Notes: generated from the letters alone by a model not told the origin. Positions 1-10,820 are shown, counted from the first letter of the stretch. The stretch: 64,000 nucleotides of DNA from an uncultured Verrucomicrobiae bacterium (GCA_963699145.1 OY969416.1:4254456-4318455), one strand, 5' to 3'. Numbers and translations: made by a program.

Positions 1-980
1 AACACGCGCGGGTAAAACGCGCTCGTGGCCACTCCCACCTGCGCGTTCGCGGATGCCATGCGGCGTTCCGCAGCGGCGATGTCCGGACGGCGTTCGAGCA
101 ATTCGCTCGGAACCCTCGCGGGCACGGCGGGAATCGCGTTCGTCAGCGGGAGGGTCGCCAGTTGAAAGCTGATGGCCGATTGGCCGCACAGCGTGGCGAG
201 CGCATGCAACACGCGCGCGCGTTCCAAATCGAGCGCCGGCAATTCCGCCTCCGTGCTCCGCAATTGCGTCTCGGCTTGTGAGACATCGAGATCGGAAACA
301 ATGCCGCCTTTGCGGCGATTCTGCGTCAATTCCAGCGAATGGCGGAAGGTTTCAATCGTGTCCGCCACCACGCGCCGCTCCTGGTCGAGTTCGCGCAGCG
401 AAAAATAATCGAGCGCCACTTCCGCCTGCAACGCCAGCCGCGCCGATTCCAGATCGTCCGCGCTGGCGACAAAGTCAGCCCGTGCGGATTCCACCTGCCG
501 GCGCACCCGGCCCCACAGGTCCAGCTCCCAATTCATATTGATCGGCGCGACAAAATTGTTATACGTGTGCGCGCCCTTTTGCAGCGGCGCATTCGGGCTG
601 AGTCGCTGGCGGGTGACTTGCGGATCAGCGGAAAATTGCGGATAAAAATCCGAGCGGGCGACGCCCAGATCGGCGCGGGATTGTTCCAATCGCGCCGCCG
701 CCGCCGCCAGCCCCTGGTTCCCCGAGGCGGCGACTGTTTCCAGCTTTGAAAGTTCCGGGTCGCCGAAAATCTCCCACCACGCGCCGCGCGGCAAATTCGC
801 GGCCGGCTCGGCGGTTTTCCATTCGCCAAAATTATTCGTGCCCGTTTGCACGCTGAACGCTTCCGGCACCGCCTCGGATTTCAGCGCCGCCGGCCGGCGA
901 TAATCAGGCCCCACCGAGCAGCCGGCAATGAGGGCCAGCGCGCCGCACGCGAGCGCCATTATGGAAAAACGGCTGCTCAT
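1..980 (-). CDS. RND efflux outer-membrane lipoprotein, NodT/OprM family (N-terminal ~326 aa; C-terminus beyond window start)
   Basis: Own minus-strand translation from ATG at 980: MSSRFSIMALACGALALIAGCSVGPDYRRP... This is a signal peptide plus lipobox (LIAGC) and the GPDY motif typical of NodT OMFs. The frame is open to position 1, so it is absent from the ORF track (no in-window stop). Its ATG overlaps the stop of the upstream adaptor gene (ATGA at 977-980). Confidence 0.85.
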   Translation of the reverse strand, partial: MSSRFSIMALACGALALIAGCSVGPDYRRPAALKSEAVPEAFSVQTGTNNFGEWKTAEPAANLPRGAWWEIFGDPELSKLETVAASGNQGLAAAAARLEQSRADLGVARSDFYPQFSADPQVTRQRLSPNAPLQKGAHTYNNFVAPINMNWELDLWGRVRRQVESARADFVASADDLESARLALQAEVALDYFSLRELDQERRVVADTIETFRHSLELTQNRRKGGIVSDLDVSQAETQLRSTEAELPALDLERARVLHALATLCGQSAISFQLATLPLTNAIPAVPARVPSELLERRPDIAAAERRMASANAQVGVATSAFYPRV

Positions 981-2188
981 TTCTCAGCCACCTTCGTGGG
1001 TTCAGCCACGCGCACGGTCATTCCCGAGGCCAGCGAATCCGGCGGATTCACAATGACGTGGTCCCCGGCTTTGATGCCGTCCACGACTTCCACGGACTGG
1101 CCGAAATCGCGGCCAACGCGAATCGTGCGCATCTCGACTTTCCCGCCCGTATCCACCACGCCCACCTGCATCCCTTCGGAGCGGAACAGCAGCGTGTTGG
1201 CCGGCAGCGTGAGCGTCGGGTCGCCTTGCGTATCATTAAAGCGCACCTGGGCGTAACTGCCGGCGAGAATTTCATTTTTCGGATTATCCACTTCGAGTTC
1301 CGCGAGCAAGGTGCGCGAAACCGGGTCCATCGCGCCCGCGGTGCGGACAATTTTCGCTTTGAATTTGCGGCCCGGCAATTCGCTGATCATCAGTTCAGCC
1401 GTCTGCCCCGCTTCCACCGCCCGCGACAACGTCTGCGGCACGTGCACATACACGCGCAATGGATTGGTCTGCGCGAGCCGGAACAACCACCGGCCACTTC
1501 CGGCGGTGATGAGCTGGCCGACGTCGGTGTCGCGGGCCGTGATCGTGCCCGCGAACGGCGCCGTCACGCGCGCGAAACTCTTCAAGTCTTCGAGCCGATG
1601 CAAATTGGCGTTGGCCGCTTCGAGGTTCGCCTTTTTCAATTCGTAATCCGCCTGTTTCTCCGCCGTTTCCTGCTCGCTGACGCTGGAAGTTTTGAGCAGG
1701 TCGACCCAGCGCTCCGAAGTGGATTTGGCGAGCGTCAGGTTGGCATTCGCTTGCGCGACTTCCGCCTTGGCTTGCTCCAACTGCTGGTCCACTTCCGGCG
1801 TGTCAATTTCCGCCAGCAATTGCCCGGCTTCCACATTCTGGCCGATGTCCACGTCCCACTTTTTCAAGTAACCACTGGCGCGCGCGAAAATGGGCGCTTC
1901 CACAAACGCCTGCACTTCCGCCGGCAACGGCACGCCGAGATCCGCCTTGCCGGGCGTCGCCGAAACAACGGCAACGAATTGAACGGTGTTCGCCGCCGTT
2001 TCCTTCGCAAGCGAACGGTGCGACAGGTAACGCGGCACAATTCCCACCGCGAGGCCGATGATAATCAGCACGGCGGCAACGGCAAAAATGGGACCGAGCT
2101 TGATGGGTCGCGGCGCCGGGTGCGTCGGCGCGGGTGGTGCCGGCACGGCCGGCGCAGTCGGTGGTCTTTCGGTGGACGGTGTATTCAT
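977..2188 (-). CDS. RND efflux periplasmic adaptor (membrane fusion protein, HlyD family)
   Basis: ORF 977..2299. The likely start is ATG at 2188 (MNTPSTERPP...), 5 nt after the pump stop. It has a Pro-rich N-terminus, one TM helix (IFAVAAVLIIIGLAVGIV), then lipoyl/coiled-coil/beta-barrel-like sequence (ARASGYLKKWDVDIGQNVEAGQLLAEIDTPEVDQQLEQAKAEVAQA). Confidence 0.85.
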   Translation of the reverse strand: MNTPSTERPPTAPAVPAPPAPTHPAPRPIKLGPIFAVAAVLIIIGLAVGIVPRYLSHRSLAKETAANTVQFVAVVSATPGKADLGVPLPAEVQAFVEAPIFARASGYLKKWDVDIGQNVEAGQLLAEIDTPEVDQQLEQAKAEVAQANANLTLAKSTSERWVDLLKTSSVSEQETAEKQADYELKKANLEAANANLHRLEDLKSFARVTAPFAGTITARDTDVGQLITAGSGRWLFRLAQTNPLRVYVHVPQTLSRAVEAGQTAELMISELPGRKFKAKIVRTAGAMDPVSRTLLAELEVDNPKNEILAGSYAQVRFNDTQGDPTLTLPANTLLFRSEGMQVGVVDTGGKVEMRTIRVGRDFGQSVEVVDGIKAGDHVIVNPPDSLASGMTVRVAEPTKVAEK

Positions 2189-2192
2189 GTGA

Positions 2193-5100
2193 TTAAGAAA
2201 TGGGATGTGGATTGGCGAGCGCAGCGGAGGCGGACGAATCTTCCGCTTTGCTGGCGGCCGTTGCGCGGCGATGCATGAAACTGAAAACGACCGGCACAAA
2301 CAAGAGCGTGGCGATGGTGGCCATGAACAGACCGCCGATCACCGCGCGGCCGAGCGGCGCATTCTGTTCGCCGCCTTCTCCCAGCCCCAGGCTCATCGGC
2401 AACATGCCGATCAACATCGCCGCCGCGGTCATCAACACCGGCCGGATACGGCTCGCGCCGGCATCCAGCGCGGCTTCGACTGAGTTCATGCCGCGTTGCA
2501 AATTGTCGCGCGCGAAACTCACCACGAGCACCGAGTTCGCCGTGGCCACGCCCAGGCTCATGATCGCGCCCATCAACGCAGGCACGCTCAAAGTCGTCTG
2601 CAACAGGAACAACGCCCAGGTCACGCCCGCCAGCGCGCCCGGCAACGCCGTGATGATGATGAACGGATCCAGCCAGCTTTGGAAATTCACCACCAGCAAC
2701 AGGTAAATGAGCACGATGGCCATCACCAGTCCTACTCCCAGGCCGAGGTAACTGTCGTGCATCGTTTTCGCCTGGCCGCGCAATGACAATCGTATTGCCC
2801 TTGGTCAATTGTTTCTGAGCCTGGGCCACCAACGGTTCCAAATCATGCAGCACACCCCCGAGATCGCGCCCGTCCACGCCGCCGTAGACGTCAATGACCG
2901 GCGCCACGTCGTAATGCGTGAATACCGGCGGGATGTTGCTCCGGGTCATCGTGGCGACATTCGCCAGGATCTGCCGCATTGGCCCCCGCGTTGACCGGCG
3001 TCGATCGGAATGTTTCGACTGAATTCATCGCATATTCGGGAACACGAGTATTAATCAGATATTGTACCCCAATCCTGGTATCGAGCCAGTAAGTCGGCTG
3101 CACCTGGCTGCTGCCGCTCAAACTGAGCAACACGGAGTTGGCCACGTTTTGCTCGGTCAAGCCCAACTCCGCGGCCTTGGCGCGATCCACTGTGACGCTG
3201 AGATGCGGCAGGTCCGCGGGTTGATGCACATGGGCATCCACCGCGCCCGGGACGCGGCGGATTTGTTCAACCAGTCTGGCCGCCACGCGACGATTATTTT
3301 CCTGGTCGCGACCGACGATTTGAATATCAAACGGCGCAGGCAAGCCGAAGTTCAACGTCTGGCTCACAATATCCGCGGGCAAAAAGTAAAACAAATTACC
3401 GGGGAATTGTTCATTCAACGTCTTGCGCAAACGGCGGACATATTCCTCGGTCGGCCGATGGCCGGCATTCAATGAAACCAGGATATCCGCATCGCCGGGT
3501 CCGATGACGCCACTGGTGTTGTAGCTGAGATTCACGCTGGAATTCGGGATGCCGATATTGTCCGTGATGCCGTGAATTTCCTTCGCCGGAACTTGTTTGC
3601 GAATCGCGGCGTCGATATCCGAGCAAAGCAGGATCGTTTCCTCAATGCGCGTGCCCGTGCGGGCGCGCACGTGCAGAAGTAACTGGCCCGCATCCACGCT
3701 CGGGAAAAAATCCCGGCCCAGCGGCAAGACCAACAACAGCGAGGCAATGCAAATTCCGAGGAACGTAAAACCAAAAACACCGCGGTGCGTCAAACACGCG
3801 CACAGCAGCGCGCTATAAGCTTCCCGGAAACGGTCAAAGCCGCGCTCAAACCCTTGTTGAATCCGGAGGAAAGGCCGCATCCAGAAAGGTGCATGGCTGT
3901 CCTCGGCGTGTTCCTCGTGCGACACATTGCGGTAAAACCACATCACCAGCGTGGGGACCAGCGTCCGTGAAATGATGTAGCTCGCCAGCATCGCGAACAC
4001 CACCGCTTCCGCCAGCGGCACGAACAGGAAATGCGCGACGCCGGTCAGGAAAAACATTGGCACGAACACGATGCAAATACACAGAGTCGACACAAACGCC
4101 GGCAACGCAATTTCGTGCGCGCCATCGAGAATCGCTTCCTCGAGGCTCTTGCCCGTAACCATGTGTCGGTGGATGTTTTCAATCGCCACCGTGGCGTCAT
4201 CCACGAGAATACCCACCGCCAGCGCCAATCCACCGAGCGTCATCAGGTTGATGGTCTCACCCAGCGCGCTGAGGACCGCGATGGAGCAAAGCACGGAAAG
4301 CGGAATCGAGAGCGCGATGATCAACGTGCTGCGCCACGAGCCGAGGAACAGCAAAATCATCAACGCCGTGAGAGCCGCCGCAATGATGCCTTCCCGCAAA
4401 ACGCCGTTCACCGCCGCGCGCACGAAGAGCGATTGGTCCGCAAACTCCTTCACCTGAAAACCCGGCGCCGAGATGGAACTCATGATGTGCGGCATGGCAT
4501 TTTTGGCGCTATTCACCACATCCAGCGTGGACGCGGTGCCGCTTTTCATAATCGTCAAAAGCGCGCCGCGCACACCGTCCTGCCGCACCGCGTTCTGTTG
4601 CGGATTGTAGCCGTCATGCACCTGCGCAACCTCGTGCAATTCGATCGTCGCGCCGTTAATCACCTTCACCGGAATGTGATTCAAATCGTCGATGGCGTTG
4701 ATCGTGCCGTTGACGCCGATGTCATATTCCGTCGGCCCCACCTTCGCCGTGCCGCCGGGCAGAATCAGGTTCTGGGCGCTGATGGCATTGACGACATCCT
4801 GCGGGGCGAGATTTTTCGCCTTGAGCGCGGGAAGATTCAGGTCCACTGAAATAACGCGCGTCTTTCCGCCGTACGGCCAGGGCACCAACGCGCCGCGCGT
4901 GGTCGCCAGCCCAATGCGCACCTGGTTCGCCGTCACGTCGAAGAGCTGCTGCTCGGACATTTGCGGACTGCTGAAACTGTATTGCAGAATCGGAACGGTG
5001 GAAGCGCTGTATTGAATGATCAGCGGTGGTTGCGTTCCCGGCGGCATCTGGCGAATCGCTGTTTGCGCGATCGAGCTGATCTGCGATACGGCGGCGTCAA

Positions 5101-5404
5101 CGGACGCGCGGGGCTGCAAAAATACTTTGATCACGCCGATGCCATTATAGGAAGTCGACTCGATATGCTCGATGTCGTTGACCGTGATGCTCAGCGCGCG
5201 TTCGTGGTTGTAAATAATCCGCTGCTCAATCTCCGCCGCGCTCAGGCCCGGGTATTGCCATACCACGCTGACCACGGGAATGTTGATGTTCGGGAAAATG
5301 TCGGTCGGCGTGCGCAGCAGGATCAGCGGCGTGATGATCAAAAGCAAAAGCGCGGCCACGACAAACGTCAGTGGCCGGCGCAAAGCAAGTCGGACAATCC
5401 ACAT
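2193..5404 (-). pseudogene. RND multidrug efflux permease (AcrB/HAE1-type), interrupted by two frameshifts
   Basis: Three collinear frame pieces. Piece 1 is 5404 down to ~2985 (837-aa ORF, MWIVRLALRRPLTFVVAALL...). Piece 2 is ~2984-2790 (frame of ORF 2185..2979: MRQILANVATMTRSNIPPVFTHYDVAPVIDVYGGVDGRDLGG...). Piece 3 is 2789-2193 (...RGQAKTMHDSYLGLGVGLVMAIVLIYLLLVVNFQSWLDPFIIITALPGAL...). Together they read as one full-length 12-TM RND pump. The shifts lie at the C5 run 2983-2987 and near 2776-2790. Confidence 0.8.
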
Positions 5405-5525
5405 AGGTCTTAACTTTCCGCCAATCGGCGATCTGTCAAAGTTACGATACGACGGACAGAATAACCGAACGGTTACTAATTAATGGATGCAAATCGGGTC
5501 CTTGCCTAATACAATCTTGCCGGGG

Positions 5526-5552
5526 TTATTGATACCTATTTAGTATCAATAA
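5526..5552. promoter_or_regulatory. Perfect 10-7-10 inverted repeat containing a T-N11-A core; candidate LysR-type regulator binding site
   Basis: TTATTGATAC-CTATTTA-GTATCAATAA, 12 nt upstream of the LysR start codon, in the divergent spacer between the LysR gene and the RND operon. Confidence 0.4.
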
Positions 5553-5564
5553 ATTGAGATTGTT

Positions 5565-6449
5565 ATGGAACTGCGACATTTACGCTATTTCGTGGCGGTG
5601 GCGGAGGAATTGAACTTTCGCCGCGCCGCCGAGCGCCTGCGCGTGGCCCAGCCCGCGTTGAGTTCGCAAATCAAAAACCTCGAACAGGAACTGGGCGTGA
5701 AACTGTTCGCTCGGACCACGCGCTCCGTGCAACTCACCCCCACCGGCCAGGTCTTTCTCGGCGAAGCACGCGGTATTCTCACCGCCACCAATCACGCGGA
5801 ACAGTTGGTGCGCAAAGCGGAACTCGGACTCGTCGGCACCCTGCGTTTGGGCGTCATCACACCCGCCACCGGCCCCCTGCTCGCCCGCGTCCTCCGGCAT
5901 TTTCATCAAAAATTCCCCGGCGTCCAACTCTCCCTCTCCGCGCTCACCACCACCGAGCAATTGAAACGTTTGCGCGCGGGCGAACTCGACGCCGGCTTGC
6001 TGCGCCCGCCCGTGGTGTCGCCCGATTTTGAAACGCGATTCGTCGAACAAGCTCCGCAAATGCTCGCCCTGCCCGCCGGCCATCGCCTCGCAAAAAAGCG
6101 AAAACTGGAATGGATGGATTTTAACGGCGAAGGACTGGTGATGATTCATCCCGACCTGCAACACAGCTTTTACGATCCTTTCATTGCCGCCTGCGCCAAA
6201 GCCGGCGCCAAAACCCACGTCGCGCAATACGCGCAGGATGTGCAAATAAAAATGTGGCTGATCTCCGCCGGCTTCGGCATCGCGCCGGTCACCGCCACGC
6301 TCGTGGAAATCCGCCGCCCTGGCGTCGTCTTTCGCCCCTTGCCACCCGGCTTGCCACCCGTCCAAACCATGCTCGTCTGGCGCCGCGCCGACGCCTCCCT
6401 GCCCGTCATCAAAAACTTCCTGGAATGTTTTAACTCGGTGAAGGCCTGA
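5565..6449 (+). CDS. LysR family transcriptional regulator
   Basis: MELRHLRYFVAVAEELNFRRAAERLRVAQPALSSQIKNLEQELGVKLFARTTRSVQLTPTG is a canonical LysR wHTH N-terminus, followed by a substrate-binding domain. It is divergent from the RND operon. Confidence 0.9.
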   Translation: MELRHLRYFVAVAEELNFRRAAERLRVAQPALSSQIKNLEQELGVKLFARTTRSVQLTPTGQVFLGEARGILTATNHAEQLVRKAELGLVGTLRLGVITPATGPLLARVLRHFHQKFPGVQLSLSALTTTEQLKRLRAGELDAGLLRPPVVSPDFETRFVEQAPQMLALPAGHRLAKKRKLEWMDFNGEGLVMIHPDLQHSFYDPFIAACAKAGAKTHVAQYAQDVQIKMWLISAGFGIAPVTATLVEIRRPGVVFRPLPPGLPPVQTMLVWRRADASLPVIKNFLECFNSVKA

Positions 6450-6495
6450 AAAACAGTGTTATAACGCGGGACTTTGATCCGCGAACTTCGGATTA

Positions 6496-6608
6496 ACGCA
6501 GGGACGCAAAGGACGCGGAGAAGCGCTGAAAGCGCCCGCAATCCACTGCGCAGATTCTCCGCGTCTTGTCGTTCTCCGCGAAACTCTGCGTTCTTTGCGT
6601 CTCTGCGT
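6496..6608. repeat. Long imperfect inverted repeat whose arms are short tandem units (ACGCAGG/ACGCAAAGG ... CTGCGTT/CTTTGCGT)
   Basis: Left arm is ACGCAGGGACGCAAAGGACGCGGAGAA (6496-6522). Its reverse complement recurs as TTCTCCGCG...CTTTGCGTCTCTGCGT (6575-6608), with an extra partial copy at 6555-6565. It lies in the convergent spacer between the LysR gene and the SGNH gene. Confidence 0.5.
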
Positions 6609-6626
6609 TGTTTCCGCGGTACCCAA

Positions 6627-7994
6627 CTATTCCGCCTCAATCCGAATGATATGCGTCACCGGCACAAACGCCGCGCTGACCGCCGCCGCCAGTTGGTCGT
6701 GCTTCTTCTCGTCATCCTTCACAACCTTCTCCGTCTGCGGAATCACTTCTTCAATCGGCGCGCGCAGATTGCCATTCGGGCGAAAATCCGTCTTCATCTC
6801 CTTCGTCTCAAACTCCTGCTTGGCCGCCACCGCCGCATCCACTTTCGCAAACGCCTCCGTGAAAGGATTGCTCGGGAATTCCACGCTCAAATTAATGCCT
6901 TGCGCCAACTGCTCCGCGGAAAAGTTTTTCTTTTGATCACCCCACGTGACGGAATATTGCTTCGCGCTCCCATTTTTCGCGATCAACGTCAAACGATTCA
7001 AATCCTGGTTGAACGGAACCAGCGCCATGCCCGCCTCGATATTATCGTCGCGCGAAATCTCAGTTTTGCCGCACACCGGGTAATGCCTCGCCGCCGCGCC
7101 CTCGGGTTCGCACGGGCAAAACGGATACCGCGCGCTTTTGATTTGAAACTCTCCCGTGTTGGCGCCGATCACTTCATGCCCCGCAGTGGTCTTCATTTGG
7201 TTCTTTTTGAGATCGACCGTGAACGTGCCAATCTCGCCATCCAGCCCCATCCCTTTCAAAAACGCATACGCCATCACCGTGTGCCCCGCCCAATTCGGAT
7301 GCACGCCATCCGCGCCGGAAATATTGAAATTCGTCCCGTACCGTTGCCGCGCGACTGTCCCCGCGTTCAGCATCGGCTCGAAAACATCCGCGAAACCCAC
7401 ATTCATCTTTGCCGCAAGCTCCGCATCGATATTCCGCAACGTTCCCAGATTGGAATTCAATTCATCGACCGTATACAAAGCACGATCCTTCTGCCACGTG
7501 GGAACTTTGCCGACGCATCCCGCCGATCCCAGGATCACGCGCACGCCCCAATGTTTGAACGTATCCACAATCATTTCCTGGTTGGTCCGATACGTGTCAC
7601 CGATGCGATCTTCATACGTGCGATATTCGTGATCGTTCATGCCGTAGCAGGTGGTGGCGACGGTTGGCTCGAACCGCAGCACGTCATTGGTCATGCGCTG
7701 GAGAAATTCCGGCGCCTTCTCGCCGCTCCAGCCGTATTGGCGCACCGTGACATTCAATTGCGGCACGCACATCGTCAGGTAATCCTCCATGATGCGCGAA
7801 TACATCTTCTGTTCGGTGATGGAATCGCCACAAATCGCCACGTGATCGCCGTGGCGCAAAATCAGATGCGTCGGTTGCGGCGCCGCGACCGGCATGAACC
7901 CGGACAAAAGCGCCGCGTTGGAATTCGTGTCATCGGCCGCCGCCGCCGTCAACGTGAGCGTGAGAAATCCAAGAAGAAATGTTTTTGTTCCCAT
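6627..7994 (-). CDS. Secreted SGNH/GDSL-family hydrolase
   Basis: ORF 6627..8135. The likely start is M48 (MGTKTFLLGFLTLTLTAAAA, signal peptide). SGNH blocks are present: ICGDSITE (I), GWSGEKA (II), YGMNDH (III), DGVHPN (V). Confidence 0.8.
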   Translation of the reverse strand: MGTKTFLLGFLTLTLTAAAADDTNSNAALLSGFMPVAAPQPTHLILRHGDHVAICGDSITEQKMYSRIMEDYLTMCVPQLNVTVRQYGWSGEKAPEFLQRMTNDVLRFEPTVATTCYGMNDHEYRTYEDRIGDTYRTNQEMIVDTFKHWGVRVILGSAGCVGKVPTWQKDRALYTVDELNSNLGTLRNIDAELAAKMNVGFADVFEPMLNAGTVARQRYGTNFNISGADGVHPNWAGHTVMAYAFLKGMGLDGEIGTFTVDLKKNQMKTTAGHEVIGANTGEFQIKSARYPFCPCEPEGAAARHYPVCGKTEISRDDNIEAGMALVPFNQDLNRLTLIAKNGSAKQYSVTWGDQKKNFSAEQLAQGINLSVEFPSNPFTEAFAKVDAAVAAKQEFETKEMKTDFRPNGNLRAPIEEVIPQTEKVVKDDEKKHDQLAAAVSAAFVPVTHIIRIEAE

Positions 7995-8138
7995 AAAAAA
8001 CGTTTTTGTTATTCGCGTTCTTCCACAAGTGGACCCAAGGCATACGCTTTTCCCCAAGGAACCGGCAACAACAAAAATTGTGGACGTGCGCCTGTAGCGG
8101 CGGTCTATGACCGCCGCCAGATTTTTATGCTGCACCGG

Positions 8139-8987
8139 CTACCGCTGGCACTTCGGACAATAAAACGTGCTCCGCGCCCCCTGCACAATCCGTTTGATCG
8201 CCGTGCCGCACACCCGGCACGGCTTGCCCGCCCGATCATAAACCCGCAAACGTTCCTCGTAAAAATCCGGCGCATCCGGCGCGCTGCCAAAATAAAAAAG
8301 CCCGTCGCCCTTGCCCTCGCCGGAATAATTCAGCGGAACCGTGCTGCCGCGCTTAATCGCCTCGCGCAAGGTCTCACGAATGGTTTCGCGCAGGCGCGCG
8401 ACCTGCGGTGGTTTCAAACGGCGCGACGCCACGCGCGGTGAAATCCCCGCCCGAAACAGCGCCTCGCTCGCATAAATATTGCCAACACCCGCGACCAACT
8501 GCTGATCCAGCAATTTCACCTTGATCGGCTGCGTGGATCGTTGCAGCGCCACCTGGAAATATTCCGCCGTGAAAGCCTCGCCGAGCGGCTCCGGACCCAG
8601 CGCAGCGATGGCGCTGTCATCGAGCGTCATCCGCCCAAAATACCGCGTGTCCTCGAAAACAAAAGTTTCGCCGCCCAACTCAAACACAACGGCGGCGTGT
8701 TTCGGCAAAGCGCTCTTTTCCGGCAGCAAATACATCCGCCCCGTCATGCCGAGATGGCCGATCAGCGGGAAACCCAGCCCCTTCGCCGCCCGCATCTCGA
8801 AAAGAAGATATTTCCCGCGACGCGTCAGTTCGCCAAACGTCGCGCCCCGCAATGTTCGCGAGAACTGTTCCGCGGTGGATGGCGCAATGACACGCGGGCG
8901 CCGCACAATGGCTCGCTGGATTTTTCGATTTCGCACCAGCGGCGCCAAATGCCGCACCAACACTTCCACTTCTGGCAACTCAGGCAT
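8139..8987 (-). CDS. mutM: Formamidopyrimidine-DNA glycosylase
   Basis: The N-terminal MPELPEVE catalytic motif, an H2TH region and a C-terminal zinc finger (CRVCGTAIKRIVQGARSTFYCPKCQ) are present. Confidence 0.92.
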   Translation of the reverse strand: MPELPEVEVLVRHLAPLVRNRKIQRAIVRRPRVIAPSTAEQFSRTLRGATFGELTRRGKYLLFEMRAAKGLGFPLIGHLGMTGRMYLLPEKSALPKHAAVVFELGGETFVFEDTRYFGRMTLDDSAIAALGPEPLGEAFTAEYFQVALQRSTQPIKVKLLDQQLVAGVGNIYASEALFRAGISPRVASRRLKPPQVARLRETIRETLREAIKRGSTVPLNYSGEGKGDGLFYFGSAPDAPDFYEERLRVYDRAGKPCRVCGTAIKRIVQGARSTFYCPKCQR

Positions 8988-9142
8988 GCGCGCACCTTAA
9001 CCTAAAAATGCGAAAGGGAAAATTTTTCGCTTGGAATATTTCTCAAAAGAAATTTCCGCATAGGTGGGGCAAACCTGCGGGTTTGCCACCATCTTCCGGC
9101 AGGGAGGTCACCAACTTTGCGGAGATTTCATTTGAGAAATAT

Positions 9143-9781
9143 CTAGTGATCCGCATGCTCCGCCCGCAACAACTGAACCACCTCATCATCGCTCGTCTGC
9201 GAGAAAGATTCGTAATACGCGCCCACCGCCTCCAAACCGGGATCGATAATCAGCGCAAACATGCCATTCGTGACGCGCTCCAGCTTCCCGACCGCCGTCA
9301 TCGAAGCCACCGGCACCGCCACCATGACCTCTCTCGCCCCTTTCCTTCTCGCCGCCATCACCGCGGCCTCCATCGTCCTGCCGGTCGCCAACCCATCGTC
9401 CACAATCAACACCGCCTTATTGCAAAAATCAACTTCCTCGTCTGGATGAAACTTGCCTTGGTATTGCGCCAACCGCTCCTGCTCCTCGCGAATGACCTCC
9501 GCCACCATCACACGCGCCGTCTCGTTCGAACCCAGCGCGTGCTCGTCCAGCAAAACGACATCGTTCTCCGCCAGCGCGCCCACCGCGAACTCGCGATGCA
9601 GCGGATGCCCGATCTTTCGCACCATCAACACGTCCAGCGGAACATGCAACCCATGCGCCACCTCCGCCGCCACCACCACACCGCCGCGCGGCAAACCGAC
9701 CACAACATCCGCGTGCACGCCTTCATTCAGAAGATGGCTCGCCAGCTTTTGCCCCGCATCCTGACGTGATGCAAATGACAT
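9143..9781 (-). CDS. Phosphoribosyltransferase family protein
   Basis: PRPP-binding motif VLIVDDGLATGRTM, plus N-terminal VVVGLPRGGVVVA. Confidence 0.8.
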   Translation of the reverse strand: MSFASRQDAGQKLASHLLNEGVHADVVVGLPRGGVVVAAEVAHGLHVPLDVLMVRKIGHPLHREFAVGALAENDVVLLDEHALGSNETARVMVAEVIREEQERLAQYQGKFHPDEEVDFCNKAVLIVDDGLATGRTMEAAVMAARRKGAREVMVAVPVASMTAVGKLERVTNGMFALIIDPGLEAVGAYYESFSQTSDDEVVQLLRAEHADH

Positions 9782-9864
9782 AAAACATCCATCGTCCCCT
9801 TTGGCGAAAAAATCAACGGGAAGTTACCAACACGGGATGCCTGCTTCGTGGCTCCGCACAAATT

Positions 9865-9889
9865 CACGCAACACGCAACACGGAACACG
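9865..9889. repeat. Tandem heptamer tract (CACGCAA)n
   Basis: CACGCAACACGCAACACGGAACACG lies directly downstream of the pyrH stop. It is related in unit sequence to the heptamer arms at 10739-10770. Confidence 0.5.
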
Positions 9890-9897
9890 TTTGAAGC

Positions 9898-10620
<723 letters not shown>

Positions 10621-10682
10621 TTAAGGCCGCAATGACGCGCAGCGTTTTAGCAGTCTCGGCGCGGAAGGTCAATGAAGACGTA

Positions 10683-10777
10683 GTGCGTGTTACGTATTAC
10701 GTGTTGCTCTCTGGATCTCCCCGACTCTCGCATGAATTCACGTAACACGTAACACGTAACACGCAGCACGTTTTTTT
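10683..10777 (+). repeat. ~21-bp-stem hairpin with heptamer-repeat arms, followed by a T7 run (terminator-like) in a divergent promoter region
   Basis: Left arm is GTGCGTGTTACGTATTACGTGTTGC (10683-10707). Right arm is (CACGTAA)3-CACGCAGCACG (10739-10770). The arms are complementary with about one mismatch, and TTTTTTT follows at 10771-10777. The structure is 44 nt upstream of the PAP2-GT start codon. Confidence 0.55.
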
Positions 10778-10820
10778 CTAATTCAGTTTTCATTCGCCAA
10801 TTCTTCATTAAACTCTGGGC

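Noticed and set aside
5580-6365. 261-aa minus-strand ORF opposite the LysR gene.
   Set aside because: It is a shadow ORF. The plus strand encodes a canonical LysR wHTH.
6474-8441. 655-aa plus-strand ORF spanning the SGNH and mutM loci.
   Set aside because: It is antisense to two well-supported minus-strand genes. Its composition is Arg-rich and repetitive, and it crosses an intergenic gap.
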